This document shows positions 1-13,925 of a stretch of DNA of 64,000 nucleotides, one piece after another. This DNA is from Eledone cirrhosa (taxonomy: Eukaryota). The stretch is from the NCBI GenBank assembly GCA_964016885.1, contig OZ024749.1:30504001-30568000 (forward strand). The letters run 5' to 3'. Under the pieces are notes generated by a model that was not told the DNA's origin, did no database searches, and was given only the letters and a program-made list of their open reading frames with translations. Made by a program: the position numbers and the translations under genes. Position 1 is the first letter of the stretch, and each line of letters starts with the position of its first letter.

Positions 1-79
1 TATCTTACATTTCTCATAATTCATTTATTTTTTCTTGTTTATTGTATTCTTCTAATGTTGGTTTCCGTTTATTGTTGTC

Positions 80-160
<81 letters not shown>

Positions 161-2175
161 CACACATAAATATGTATATATATATATATGTACATATATA
201 TATGTGTGTATGTGTGTATTTACGTTGTTAATCTCATTATGGTTTGATATATCTATTATTTTCTATTATATCTTTCACTATATATGTTTGCTTTCCAGCT
301 CAAATGATTCAGTTCAGATGCTTTATGTTATTTAACGTTTGAAGTAATATTCGCTTTTCGTACTGATATCTTTGTTTCCATAATGAATTTGATTTTAGAT
401 TTATCTTGAGATTACTTGTTCTATTATCATTAATATTATTTCGTTTAAGACTTTCATTATTGTTGCTAATTTACAATAAGCTTTCATCGTTCAGTCACTC
501 CTTCCTAGGTTTAGAAAAATATCTATTAAATTCAGTTCTTTAATGATGTTCACCTTTTCATTTAGATCATTATCTTATGAACTAGTGTCCATGGTTGTTT
601 TAGTATTGTTAAGGTTCGTCTTGTTTGATGTTTATATTTGTCTACAATCTTGTTAGAATGTTTAGCGGTATTTGTTCCGACTTTTTGCTCTGAGATTTCA
701 AATCCCGTCGAGGTTAAATTTGCCTTTCTTCAATTCGAGGTCAATAAATAAGTACCAGTCGAACATTGGGGTCGATTCTTCCTCTATATCAGTTTCTCAC
801 TTCCATTCTCTCACTCTCTGTACTCCTTCTCTGGAAGAAATCTGATGTTTGACTTTGTTTTACATCATTTCGTGGTCGATAAATAAAACTTATAACCTCC
901 AACTATGGTTTAAATAGACTCACCAACACGCAATTCGCCAATCATGGTGAGTACAGCTACACCCGTCATATGACCAAACCCAAACCCAAATCAATGGAGG
1001 TCAACAAATGAGGTGTTCCTCCAACAGGAGTGAGAAGGTCTTAAATTGGATTGGATTGGATTGGAAAAAGGTATGTCTAGTACATTGGCCGATTATTACA
1101 GGATTTTTCTTTCTTTCTCTCTGTTTCCCTCTCGCTATTTATGTCTCACTGGAAAGCATCGACTGTATTCAGGCATTGAAATAAGTGGGCTCCACCTGGC
1201 TTAAAATGTTCAAGATTTAAGATTTTTATGATAGCTCACTTACAATTCCATTAACAAATCAGGACCCGTGGCATGGCATGTGAAATGTTAATTGGCTCAA
1301 ATTAACTCGAACTCAAGAGGTGGTTCCCTGTACAATCCATTTAACCTTATTACATCCGAATTTCTCCATCTAAATATTATACAAATCTGATTAATGTGGA
1401 ATGCCCTTCCCTACTTCAATGATAATAGCTTCAATTTTGCTACAAGGGCAACGAACTTTTGTAGGAGATCATTCAAATCAAACCTGTCAACTCTCCCCGA
1501 CGGATAGGGAGATATCCCACCCAATTTGTGGTGGGTGACAGACGTCTTCACTTGTGAAAATGGATATAGCTTTCATTATGTTAACACTCTCCATTTTGCC
1601 TCATTTCTGCCCGTTTTGGAGCACTTTTTTCATGGTATTCCTCATTTAGTATTTTAGAGATTGGCAGGTCTGTTTAAATTGACCACAATACTTTCCTGAC
1701 TTGATATTTTAACAAAACCGGAAGAATAAACGGCTGAGTAGACTCGAGAACGCAAAACGCTGGGGGATATGTTGAATTATCAATGTCCTATGTTTCTGGC
1801 AAACAATAGAAAACGTTTCTTTCTATGTGTTTAGTGAATAAGTATATGTAAGGCAGCCAAATAACAGAGACTAACTATAGATTGAACGTTTAATATTTGA
1901 ACTGTACAGTTACACCTGGAACATTTACAAAGAATACACGTAGGAGTTTATATATATATATGGAGAGAGAGAGAGAGAATGGGGGAGAGAAAGACAGAGA
2001 GAGAGAGGGATAGAGAGAGAGAGGTGGAGAAAGATAGATAGATGGATTGATGTATATTTATCTATCTATATATATATTTATATATATATATATATATATA
2101 TATGTAGAGAGAGAGAGGCGGGGAGGGGAGAGAGAGAGGAAGATAGATATATAGACAGATAGATGAATTGATGTG

Positions 2176-2226
<51 letters not shown>

Positions 2227-2306
2227 TATATAATATATATAATATATATAATATATATATAATATATATAATATATATAATATATATATAATATATATAT
2301 ATATAT

Positions 2307-2424
<118 letters not shown>

Positions 2425-3224
2425 AATATATATATGGAGAGAGATAAATAGATACAGAGATAGCTGTATAGATAAGTAGATATCTAGGTAGTTAGATAAA
2501 TATAATAACAACATAAATATTTCTTTCTATCGTTTTGTCTTGTCTATCTGAAGTGCAAATAACTCAGGTAAATGTTTCATAGTCGTTACCCTAAAGGAAA
2601 ATGGAGGGGTGGGTGTATGGTGAATGTCCAAAGCCCGAGTCTTATTGCTCCATTAAAGCATTTTAAAACTACTCACTCCGTTTTATTTCAAAAGATAATT
2701 CTAAACATGATTTTACAATCTGCTTATAGAGGTATCTTGCATTAATATATTCCAAGTTGAAATTATCTTATTTATATATTACCTGCCAAATAATTGGCTC
2801 TAATTAAGCAAATTATTGACAAGTCTTCCGTTTTCATATATTGAAGAAAAATATAAAAAGCGGTGTTTCTGTTTAATGGCTAATTACATAATTATTTCAT
2901 CGCTGATTGCAAAGTATTAATGTAAGTCTCATTAGATTTACATCGTAAGTGTGAGAATCGTCTACAATAAATAAGTAGATAAATAAATAAATACATAAAT
3001 AAATAATAAAATAAACAATAAAGAAACAAACAGAAAATTCTAATACTTAACATATTCCAAGTAAAGTGTTATTTCCTCTATACGATGCATTATAAGAGTT
3101 GTTAGGGCGTCGGTATAGAATGCTTTGCCGTATCCTTGTTTGTTGTGTCGTATATATATATAGTAAAAATAATTAATGTGAAGACTAAAATCCGAAGAGG
3201 ATTTGCTTCAACTTTAATCTGTTA

Positions 3225-3278
<54 letters not shown>

Positions 3279-3568
3279 ATAACGCAAGAAGTGTAAATCA
3301 ACAGGTTAAAATTAACTTCGCTTATTTATATTCGCTTTTAAATTACTCTGGAAGAAACAGAGTCATCTGCACACCCCGTCGAGTGCTCTAACTGCATACT
3401 AAAGTCTCGGTAAACTACCAACACAAACTCAAATATATATATATATATATAGTTGTGTGTGTGTATGCATGTGTGTGCGTGCGTGTGTGTATATGAAAAT
3501 GAGATTAATCTCCTCATTTACATATTTTTGCCTGTTTTCAAAGTCCAGCAGTTGGAAGAGCGGGTGGG

Positions 3569-3612
3569 ATCGTACTGATGAGAACCAGTTCAGTTCGAGA
3601 TGAATCAACGAT
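3569..3612 (+). ncRNA. Degenerate hammerhead
   Basis: atcgta CTGATGA gaac-cagttca-gttc GAGA tgaa TC aacgat; stems I and II pair, GAAA mutated to GAGA. Confidence 0.55.
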
Positions 3613-3748
3613 TGTCCCCCTTGCTTCTGCTGCACACCGCTGGGTGGTGTTAGCTGACAGTGTTTTTGCATAGCTACAGCTTTTTAAATGTTTATTTATA
3701 AACATACCATATTTATTTAGAAGTACGGAATTCAAATACATACACACG

Positions 3749-3820
<72 letters not shown>

Positions 3821-3864
3821 CAGAGTTTTTTGTAGCTTGCATGAAATATTGTTTAATAGGAAAC

Positions 3865-4098
3865 ATAAATTTAAATTTTGAAGACCAACACAATGCCTAT
3901 GGAGAATGTTAAATTGCCAAGATAACTAAAGAATAGTACCATAGCAAATTTAACGATTCCAAATATTTTCGGGTTTAAAAGGTACTTTTAAACACGAACA
4001 TATTTGGGATCGTTAAATTTGCTAAGGTACTATTCATTAGTAATCTTGGCAATTTAACATCCTCCATACGCATTGTGTTGGTCTTCAAAATTTAAATT
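3865..4098. repeat. Imperfect long palindrome between (TA)n tracts
   Basis: Arms aaatttaaattttgaagaccaacac... / ...gtgttggtcttcaaaatttaaattt, centre near 3980. Confidence 0.85.
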
Positions 4099-4267
4099 TC
4101 TATTTCATATATATATATGTCATAATAAGTTAATATAATAGTGTATCAACAAAATATATACTCATGTCAGAATTATAACACATAATCAGTTTCGAATCAG
4201 AGCTCAGGAAATCGGAAGAAATACCAAGGCTTTTAATCCGAGCCCCAAATAAACCCTTCAGAATAAG

Positions 4268-4960
4268 ACAATGATTTCTGATTTAGGCACAAAGCCTACA
4301 TTTTTGGGGAGCATGAGGGTGTCGATTAAATAGACGCTAACGCGTTACTGTCACATTGTTTTACCGACCCCGTAAGCATGAAAAGCAAGGTTGAATAACA
4401 ATTGTTTCTAATTTATGCCAGCAATTTGAAGGGAGGGGGGGGAGTCAAATAAATCGACCCAGTACATTACTGGTGCTTTATTTAAGGATAAAAGGCAAAG
4501 CTAACCTCGGCGGGATTCGAACTCAGATCATAAAGGGCCGTAACTCTATGCTGCAAAGCAGGGTATTCGGCGCTCTACCGAAACTGCCAATCCAACACCC
4601 TAAGGTTGAATAATAATAATAATGTTTTACGATTTAGGCAGTTTTTGGAGAGAATGAGAAATTCAATTAAATCGACCACCGTACGTTACTGGTACTTTAT
4701 TTTATCGACCTCGTAATGATGAAAGACAAGGTTGAACAATAATAATGGTTTTTTGATTTAGGAACAAGACCAACAATTTTGAGGGAGGAAGAAAGTCTAC
4801 TATCTTTACCCAAGTGTGTTACTGGTATTCTATTTTATCGACTCGGTAAGGATGACAGTCAACCTTAATCTCAGTCAATTTTGAACCCCAGAACATAAAC
4901 AACCTTGACTATTTGTCGTAAAGCATGTTCTCCGACGCTCTACCGATTACAGCAAATGCG
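4268..4960 (-). mobile_element. Cluster of degenerate SINEs (similar at 22259-22830, 35752-35890, 36327-36572, 40813-41250, 41700-41830, 63771-63900)
   Basis: Repeated ttactggtactttattttatcgacc...gatgaaag motifs. Confidence 0.75.
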
Positions 4961-5388
4961 TCACCTCGCTTCAGAATGAAATAATCCAACACATATGATT
5001 TACTCAGCATAACATGTTATAACAATGGCAAATTACGGTATTACAAATAAGATAATACTGTTTCCAAAGCATTTCGTTTATATTTATCTCTCACACACAA
5101 ATATATACACACACAGACAGACACTCAAACGGACTTATACACACACACGGACATACACACACATATACATGGACAGACACACAAATATATATATATATAT
5201 ACGTATATATATATATATATACACCCACACAGATATATACACACACATATACACGGACATACACACACACACATGGACATACACACAAATAGACGCACAC
5301 AAACACACACAGATACACACATATTCATACACATATACTTACACACACACACATACATAAATACATACACAAACAAACTGTATATATT

Positions 5389-5569
5389 AATTGTTTCTAC
5401 TTTAGGCACAAGGCCAGCAATTATCCAGTGCATTACTGGTACTTTATTTTATCGACCCCGTAAGGATGAAAGGCAAAGTCAACCTCGGCGGGATTTGAAC
5501 TCAGATCGTAAAGGGACGTAACTATGCTGGAAAGCATGGCGTCCGACCTTCTACCGATACTGCCAATCA
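5389..5569 (-). mobile_element. Same SINE family
   Basis: Reverse complement of 61711-61897. Confidence 0.88.
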
Positions 5570-6222
5570 GAAACTTGAAAGTACATAACACAGAACTATC
5601 CATGTTTATTTTTTTATAGAATCAATATAGATGTATTTTGATTTATTATATTTTACACATTGTTTACGAAAGAAAATAATATACAAAATGACATCATTTA
5701 TTTTTTTTTTGGGGGGGGGGGGGCTAAAATAACATCAAAATCTAATTCTTCAGTGGTATTTGTGTTTGTCATTTGTTGCGAGATTGAATTGTTTCACAGA
5801 CAGAAATATTGACAAAGAAGATTAGTCGCCTTGTCTCTCCTACAACTAAATTGAGAATTCAAGTGAAAAACATAAAATTCCATAAATCTAATGATGCTTA
5901 CAATATCTTTGAAAACTCGCAAGCTTTTTTAATATTTATTTATATATCTATTTATTTATTTATTTATTTATTTACTTATATATTCATCCAATTTCTGTAA
6001 GACATAAACGAATTCGAATGTACTTATCAACTTAAAAATACAATTTGTTTTTTTTTTAGAAACTATTTTAAGAAAACTATGGTGAATAGGTAAAGTTCGT
6101 TTCGGATCTTTGCGCTCTGAGATCAAAACCCTACTAGTTCAAGTTTGTCTTTGATCCTTTAAATATCGATTATTATAATAGCAGTCAGTTACTAATTACT
6201 AATACTCAACATTACCAGACTT

Positions 6223-6375
6223 AGACCAATTATATCAAATGTCAAGTCAAGAGTACTCAAACTATATGGCCATATAAAAAGATCAACTCGTGGTGTGAGG
6301 AGGTTATGCCTGGAAGGAAGATTGGCTGGTAAGAGAAGAAGAGGCCGGCAGCCAAAACGATGGCTTGATAATGTC
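6223..6375 (+). pseudogene. RTE-like LINE 3' fragment
   Basis: + frame reads VKSRVLKLYGHIKR...LEGRLAGKRRRGRQPKRWLDN. Confidence 0.65.
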
Positions 6376-6774
6376 AACCTATAGACTGGACTTGATTTTT
6401 GCTCTTTAAACTCTGCTGTTGTTGATTGAACTCTGTGGAGAATAATATCTCATGTTGATGCGCTGTCTGCAACTGGCGGAGTTTAGCGACAAAGTAGTAC
6501 AAGACTCCATTTTCCCTCTTTATACCCCTTTTTGCTATCCCCCCATCTCTCTCTATATATATATACATCTATCTATTTATCTCCCACACTGTGTTCAGCC
6601 ATGGGGTAATTATCTCCACTAGGTTTGAATGACCAAGACGCAACATATATCACTGCGGCACTCCTCTGATTCCAGCAGGTGTTAAGGGCTAAGCAATAAT
6701 TCGTCAAAAACAAGAATGATAAAGTTACGCATTCGGGTCGTTATGATACACTAAATGAAAGCAGTGTCCCAGTA

Positions 6775-6995
6775 TGGCCCCTTTTTTCCTGAGCTGGCCA
6801 GCCGCATGTGTGTGCCTTGCAAGATGGAATGGCTCTTCCAGCGCATTGCCCTTACCATCCTCCGGGTAAACGCCTTCTCCATTCTGTCCTCCGGGGTTGT
6901 GGGGCGACCACCACATGGGACCCCATTTGTTCATAATACAGAGAGATGGAGACGAAGACAGTGGGAGTTCGTCGCTTCCGTGTTGGCAAGGGACA
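6775..6995 (+). pseudogene. CRE-like 3' fragment, related to 9060-9440
   Basis: ELASRMCVPCKMEWLFQRIALTILRVNAFSILSSG. Confidence 0.65.
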
Positions 6996-7003
6996 TATCC
7001 AAT

Positions 7004-7037
<34 letters not shown>

Positions 7038-8034
7038 ATTGAAAGAATCGAAATTTTGTCAGGCCAGTTAAAATAAGATGCTCGATAGAGGGAATTGTAT
7101 GTACCCGTAACTACTAATGGACTCATAGGGGCACCGTAGTAATATACCGCAGACATGTTAAACATGCAGCTCGCGGGTGCATGCGGCCCCTTACAAGTAG
7201 ATCTGTGGCCTGCACAAAGGTTTTTATAGCGCGAACATGTTTTATCTTCGTAATATAGAATTTTAAAAACATAGTTGTTTTATGCTCAATTATTTGTCGT
7301 GTGTGGTCCTCGGAGAACATATATGCGACCCATGTTACCCTCGGGAGACCCTCAGTGTGACATACCTGATAGATAGCGTTTCCTGAGGATTTGGTTTAAA
7401 AACCTGGTTGGTTCCACCTCCTCCACAGGACTAAGTATAGCCGATTTTTTACAAGAGAATGTGATAGAGAGAGAAATAGAGATAGAGAGGAAGGGAAAAT
7501 GAGATATAGAGGAAGAATCGACCCCAGTACTGGACTGGTACTTTATTTATCGACATTAAAATGATGAAATGCAAAATTGACCATGGTCTGATTTGAACTC
7601 AGAACGCACAGATTGGAAACAAATACTACAAAGCATTCTATCCCCTATACGACTTTCTCACTATAAAATTATCATCCGGTCGCCATGAGATATCTACGGT
7701 AATATACATTGAAGTCGGTGAGAAAAATGAAAGTTTGATAATTTCATGGCTAAAGGTCGGGCTTTGGGAAAAATAGAATTAGTAACTATAACAACATAAA
7801 TAATATTTTCAAGACATATAAAATACAAAGGATCAAACTGGTTATTTTATTATGTCAGAAACAATAGCTAGTTAAATCACACACAGAAACACACACACAC
7901 ACACACACATATATATGTATATATATATATATTAAAATATATTATATATATATATATTATATACATATTTATATATGCATACATACATAGATACATACAC
8001 ACACACATATATATATATATATAGATACATATAC

Positions 8035-8079
<45 letters not shown>

Positions 8080-8084
8080 TACAT

Positions 8085-8126
<42 letters not shown>

Positions 8127-8250
8127 ATAATATTAATAAATGGAAGCTATCTTCATAAAACGATATTTATTTTATTATAAAATACAAAAGTTGGTTTACA
8201 GATAGTGACATATTCAGACAAGAACTTAATGTTGTGAGTTCAATATATAC

Positions 8251-8296
<46 letters not shown>

Positions 8297-8397
8297 AAAT
8301 GAAGTAATTCCGTCGGAAAAGTCCAGGAAAAAAGAGTGCTCTATGTAAGCAACAGAGCTTAATTATTATTATGTAATAAACAACATAAGGCAATTAT

Positions 8398-8455
8398 TCC
8401 ATTTACCAGTGGTTTCTTAAAAGCAAAAGGTTTTGCTTTCAATCCTCAGAATGAA
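8398..8455 (-). ncRNA. Mirror copy of the 8531 hammerhead
   Basis: Reverse-complement arm of the 8365-8620 palindrome. Confidence 0.82.
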
Positions 8456-8530
8456 AAATCCTGGTTTGTTTATTGAATTTGGATCTTAAAAACCTTTAAG
8501 ATCCAAATTCAATAAACAAACCAGGATTTT

Positions 8531-8588
8531 TTCATTCTGAGGATTGAAAGCAAAACCTTTTGCTTTTAAGAAACCACTGGTAAATGAA
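8531..8588 (+). ncRNA. Type I hammerhead ribozyme in a palindrome arm
   Basis: ttcatt CTGAGGA ttgaaagcaaaa-cc-ttttgcttttaa GAAA ccactgg TA aatgaa; all three stems pair. Confidence 0.85.
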
Positions 8589-8615
8589 ATAATTGCCTTA
8601 TGTTGTTTATTACAT

Positions 8616-8659
<44 letters not shown>

Positions 8660-9059
8660 ATGCGTGTGGTGGTGTGTGGTGTGTGGGGTGTATGGGTGTG
8701 CGTGTATATATATATAAATATTTTTAAGGAAAGGAAATCGGAAATTCTAACTTTCTCGTTATTTAATTTGTTTTTGTAACAAAATTTAATAAAGATTCTT
8801 ACATAAAATCATGATGGAAAGAAAATATTTTTCGTACAGATAACTGTAAATATGTGAAAACCAAAATGTTTGTGTTTCATAGTGTATGTGTGGACGATTA
8901 TACGATTATAATTCACTAATTATCTCATAGGTTGCATCAAGCTTTTCATATATATATATATGTGTGTATGTAATCTTTATTTACAATGTTGTTAGATGCA
9001 GAATAATGATTACAATAACTGTCCCAGTATTGGCTACTGATGAAATGATAAGTCAGTCA

Positions 9060-9440
9060 ATCATATTGATGGCCTCCCGCAGGACAGGATGGAGAATGCC
9101 TTTCCTCGGCGGACGCCAAGGGAGACAAGCTGGAAGAGCCATTCCAACTCGCGAGGCTCACACCTGCGGCTGGCCAGCTCAGCGCCTTCGGTAGTGAGTA
9201 GGCAGATAGCCCTGGAGCCGAGGACACCAGAAGTCTCCACAGCCAAGGGTACGACCGCAAACCTGTCGGAAAGCGACCGCTATTTGGAGAGTTTGGCCTC
9301 CTCAGCCCGACGTGCAGCAGAGCCTGGGTAAGTCGCAGACAGCACCAGGTTGCGGCTGGAGAAAGACCTAATTCTACATGCATGGTTGCGTAATTCCTGG
9401 GGAAGTCGCGGGGAGCCATATTAACAAAGGGCGTTTCTAA
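9060..9440 (-). pseudogene. 3' fragment of a CRE-like non-LTR retrotransposon (RLE C-terminus)
   Basis: AEEAKLSK*RSLSDRFAVVPLAVETSGVLG...EWLFQLVSLGVRRGKAFSIL resembles the P-x-x-x-E-T-x-G and LFQRxSxxxxRGNA end of CRE elements. Confidence 0.7.
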
Positions 9441-9678
9441 GGCATTTTAATACCAGGCGGAGCTTATCTCATCTCCTGGTCTCAGTATAGCAGATTTCTT
9501 CCAGAGAAGGAATGAGGGTGAGAGGAAGAAAATGGACACGAGATATAACGGGAGAATCGACCTCAGTGCTAGACTGGTACTTTTTTATCGACCTTAAATG
9601 GTTGAAAGGCAAAACTGACCTCAGCAGGACCTAGACTATAGCAGACAGTGAGAGAGATAGAGAGATAGAGAAATAGAT

Positions 9679-9776
<98 letters not shown>

Positions 9777-10642
9777 TGACAAAGAGACAGAAAGGAATAA
9801 TCTACCCCAGTACTAGCCTGGTACCTTTTTATCGACCTTGAATGAATGAAAGGCAAATACGACCTCAGCAAGAACTAGACTAAAGGAGACAGTGAGAGAA
9901 AAAAAAGAGAGAGAAAGAGAGAGAAGGAGAGAGAGAGATAGAGAGGGAGGGGGGAGAGAGAGAGAAGGAGAGAGAGAGATAGAGAGGGAGGGGGGAGAGA
10001 GAGAGAGAAAGAGAGATACAAAGAGCGAAGGTGAGAGAATAGAAATGAAATAGAGATATACAGGTATAATCTACCCCAGTACTAGCCTAGTACCTTATTA
10101 TCGAACTTGAATGGATGAAAGGCAAAGAGGACCTTGGCAGGATTTGACATCGGAGAGCAGAGAGAATCGGAATAAATACCGCAAAGAATTCTATCCAACG
10201 TTCTAACGACTCAACTAATTCACCTTCGGTGTGGAAATATTTACAACAGAAAAGTATTGCACTGGTAAATCTCATAATAGTACTAGAAACCTTTAATGGG
10301 TTGGTTTTAGGAAAACATCACATGACAATGTCATGACTAGTAATGGATCAATGCCAAAACTTTATAAAACTTTTGTCTATTTTAGTCTGTTGAAGCCCAG
10401 CATCCTGTGGAAGATATACATTTCTACAACAAATGCTTTCTGTCCCTTTCTCTCTATTTTAAAAGGTAATTATTCAGGTAGTTGTATGGTATTTTGTCTG
10501 TAGTGTAAACACGTTCAAAGAACTGAAACTATTAAACACACTCATACAAGTTCGCACACATATACATTCATAGACACACACCTAGACCCACACACACACA
10601 GGTATGTATATATATATATATATATACACATACATATATATG

Positions 10643-10689
<47 letters not shown>

Positions 10690-10706
10690 GTATATATATA
10701 TTTATG

Positions 10707-10796
<90 letters not shown>

Positions 10797-10820
10797 CATA
10801 TATATGTATATATATATGTC

Positions 10821-10851
<31 letters not shown>

Positions 10852-10864
10852 GTATATATATATT

Positions 10865-10928
<64 letters not shown>

Positions 10929-10941
10929 AATATATATATAC

Positions 10942-10998
<57 letters not shown>

Positions 10999-11234
10999 AG
11001 CACCCTTATATATGTATATATATATATGTATACATATATATATACATACATGTATATATACATACATATATATATACATCCATACATACATACATGCATG
11101 CAGAGATGCATACATATATACACATATATATATATATAAAATACAATAATGTTGAAAGGATAACACACTAGAGGGAGATAGTGCGCCATCAATAAAACAG
11201 GGAATAACGAGAGTCTATGGCTCCGTTAATTTAT

Positions 11235-11296
<62 letters not shown>

Positions 11297-11422
11297 TATA
11301 CATATATATGTATGTGTATTTATATATATATACATAGCTGTGTGTGTGTGTCTAGGTGTGTGTCTATGTATGTACATGTGGGCGAACTTGTATGAGTGTG
11401 TTTAATAGTTATATATATATAG

Positions 11423-11500
<78 letters not shown>

Positions 11501-11615
11501 AAGTACAGATTTGCACGTAGAAAATCATGAATCTGATTATGTGTTTATGTGTTTGTGAGTTGTTATATATACACAAACATAAGTAGACTTATGTATTATG
11601 TCAGCACGTATGAAT

Positions 11616-12230
11616 ATGGTGGCTGCCAACTCGCTTTCGAGTACGGTCACTACTTTATATCCATGTAGGAGAACCCCTACCGATGCGCTGAACAAATGTA
11701 ATATTTTAGTCCAGCCAGCGACTTGAAAACTCTGGTACAAACACTACACTTGTGACAATTATTGACACATAGTGCTGGGCCCATGGTACCATGTGATGAC
11801 AAGTGCAGAGAGATCTCCAGATATAAAGCAATGCCTGTGCCGTGAAGCTTTTATAGTGAGCAAAGGCACTGCACAAAGCCAGTCCCACTCTCTTAACCAA
11901 GATGATATTTAGCAAAAAGAAGAAAAAGTCAACATCATTGGATACCATCAGGGTTGCAGGTGTTATATCAGAGTTTTCCTTCTCCTAGAATTCTGCCTTG
12001 ACAAAGGCTAAGGGGTCATATCTCCCGGTGATTTTGGATGGCCATTGACTCTTAAGAGCTTCTTTGCCCTTTGACAGGTTTTTGTTTTTAGTCATGCAGG
12101 ATGTCCAAAGTCACCCTCCTCACCAAGAAACCTTGGTGGTGTTGCCAGTTTAGTCGCCAATGACCCGACCATGGGGCAGGTTGTACTGGGATACATGTCA
12201 CCAGTAGCACCAACTGGTGACCTGACATAT
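11616..12230. mobile_element. Dispersed repeat next to (TACA)n (other copies 59551-60089, 52525-53145, fragment 37810-37853)
   Basis: High-identity match to 59551-60089; no convincing ORF; class undetermined. Confidence 0.75.
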
Positions 12231-12424
12231 GAATATACATACATACATACACACACACACACTCACACACATACATACATATACGAATATATATATATAT
12301 ATATGTATATATATATTTATATATATACATGTGTATATAACAATCGTACTCGGTAGAGACGTCCAACTGGTGACCTGACATATGAATATACATACATATA
12401 CACACACACACATACATACATATA

Positions 12425-12486
<62 letters not shown>

Positions 12487-12492
12487 TATATT

Positions 12493-12671
12493 AATTGTTT
12501 CTACTTTAGGCACAAGGCCAGCAATTACCCAGTACATTACTGGAACTTTATTTCATCGACCCCGTAAGGATGAAAGGCAAAGTTAACCTCGGCGGGATTT
12601 GAACTCAGACTGTAAAGGGACGTAACTATGCTAGAAAGCATGGCGTCCAACCCTCTACCGATACTGCCAAT
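12493..12671 (-). mobile_element. Same SINE family
   Basis: Direct similarity. Confidence 0.88.
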
Positions 12672-12786
12672 TCACAAGAGAAATTCCAACTTTGTCTGAT
12701 TTACTCGTTTTATTTACAATACTTTAAAATTTATAATGGTATTATAATGAAATAGTATGATAGAATATTAAATGTTAAGTGTTAAT

Positions 12787-12825
12787 TGAACAAGTACTTT
12801 CATGCTTTCGCAATCTTCAGGTTCA
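12787..12825 (-). ncRNA. Very small (39-nt) type I hammerhead
   Basis: Minus strand: tgaac CTGAAGA t-tgc-gaaa-gca-t GAAA gtac TT gttca; GNRA-capped stem II, AGTACT palindrome. Confidence 0.8.
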
Positions 12826-13605
12826 TAATGTGTGGTGACAGTCAAGTTTGCAATTTTCAACTGTAATGAGATGGGTAAACTGTTAAAAATTGCAAAACAA
12901 TTGATGCTTTGCTATTTTTAGAAATGAAAAAAATAGCATTTTCTAGTAATAATCACTTTTATTATTATTATTATTGATGTTGTTGTTGTTAGTGGTCGTA
13001 GTCATAGTCATAGTAGAAGTAATGACCCTAAGCATTATTATTGTTCATTTAGCTTGGGTTTGAATTTATCAATAAAATTCTTTTCTTTGATTTTTCTCTT
13101 GATTTCACTTGGGCTGTGTAATTTGTAGAATGGGAATATTATAAATATTCCCTGACCACATGTTGCTAGATGGTTACTTAGGGGTATCTGACGGACATTT
13201 GGGTCTCTGATTTGCTGACGGTGTACCCGTGCACGTTCTGATAATGCATTTCCAGTTTGACCGACATATAGTTCTTCACAATTCGGGCTCCAGAATGCTC
13301 AATCTTGCAAACTGTATTTCGACCAATCGGTGTGTAGTTTCACTGAATTACTATAGCTGATTGGTTTAGGCGTCACGGTTGGTTGAGCATGTTTAACGAT
13401 CAATTAGTGGTCGTTAAACATGCTCAACCAACCGTGACGCCTAAACCAATCAGCTTTAGTAATTCAGTGAAACTACACACCGATTGGTCGAAATACAGTT
13501 TGCAAGATTTAGCATTCTGGAGCCACTTTTCACTGTATATAAGGTACAAAATTTACCCATCTCATTACAGTTGAAAATTGCAAACTTGACTGTCACCACA
13601 CATTA

Positions 13606-13644
13606 TCAACCTGAAGATTTCGAAAGCATGAAAGTACTTGTTCA
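13606..13644 (+). ncRNA. Inverted copy of the 12787 hammerhead (two substitutions)
   Basis: tcaac CTGAAGA tttcgaaagcat GAAA gtac TT gttca. Confidence 0.7.
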
Positions 13645-13796
13645 ATTAACACTTAACATTTAATATTCTATCATACTATTTCATTATAATACAATTATAA
13701 ATTTTAAAGGATTGTAAATAAAACGAGTAAATCAGACAAAGTTGGAATTCCTCTTATTAATATAATCTTCTATACACAATCATACACACCCGTGTA

Positions 13797-13841
<45 letters not shown>

Positions 13842-13925
13842 ATAATAATAAATTTGAAGACTAAAATCCAAAGAGGGCTCGATAAGGATAAATATATATC
13901 AAATATATAAGAACCGTAGAGCAAA

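Larger units (their letters stand above)
8365..8620. repeat. Near-perfect palindrome carrying mirror hammerheads
   Basis: ~126-bp arms with an aacc spacer at 8491-8494; the right end runs into (TA)n. Confidence 0.92.
12676..13755. repeat. Nested inverted repeat: inner arms ~13281-13525, outer arms 12676-12880 / 13552-13755
   Basis: Direct reverse-complement matches; the right arm skips ~400 bp of the left arm. Confidence 0.88.
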
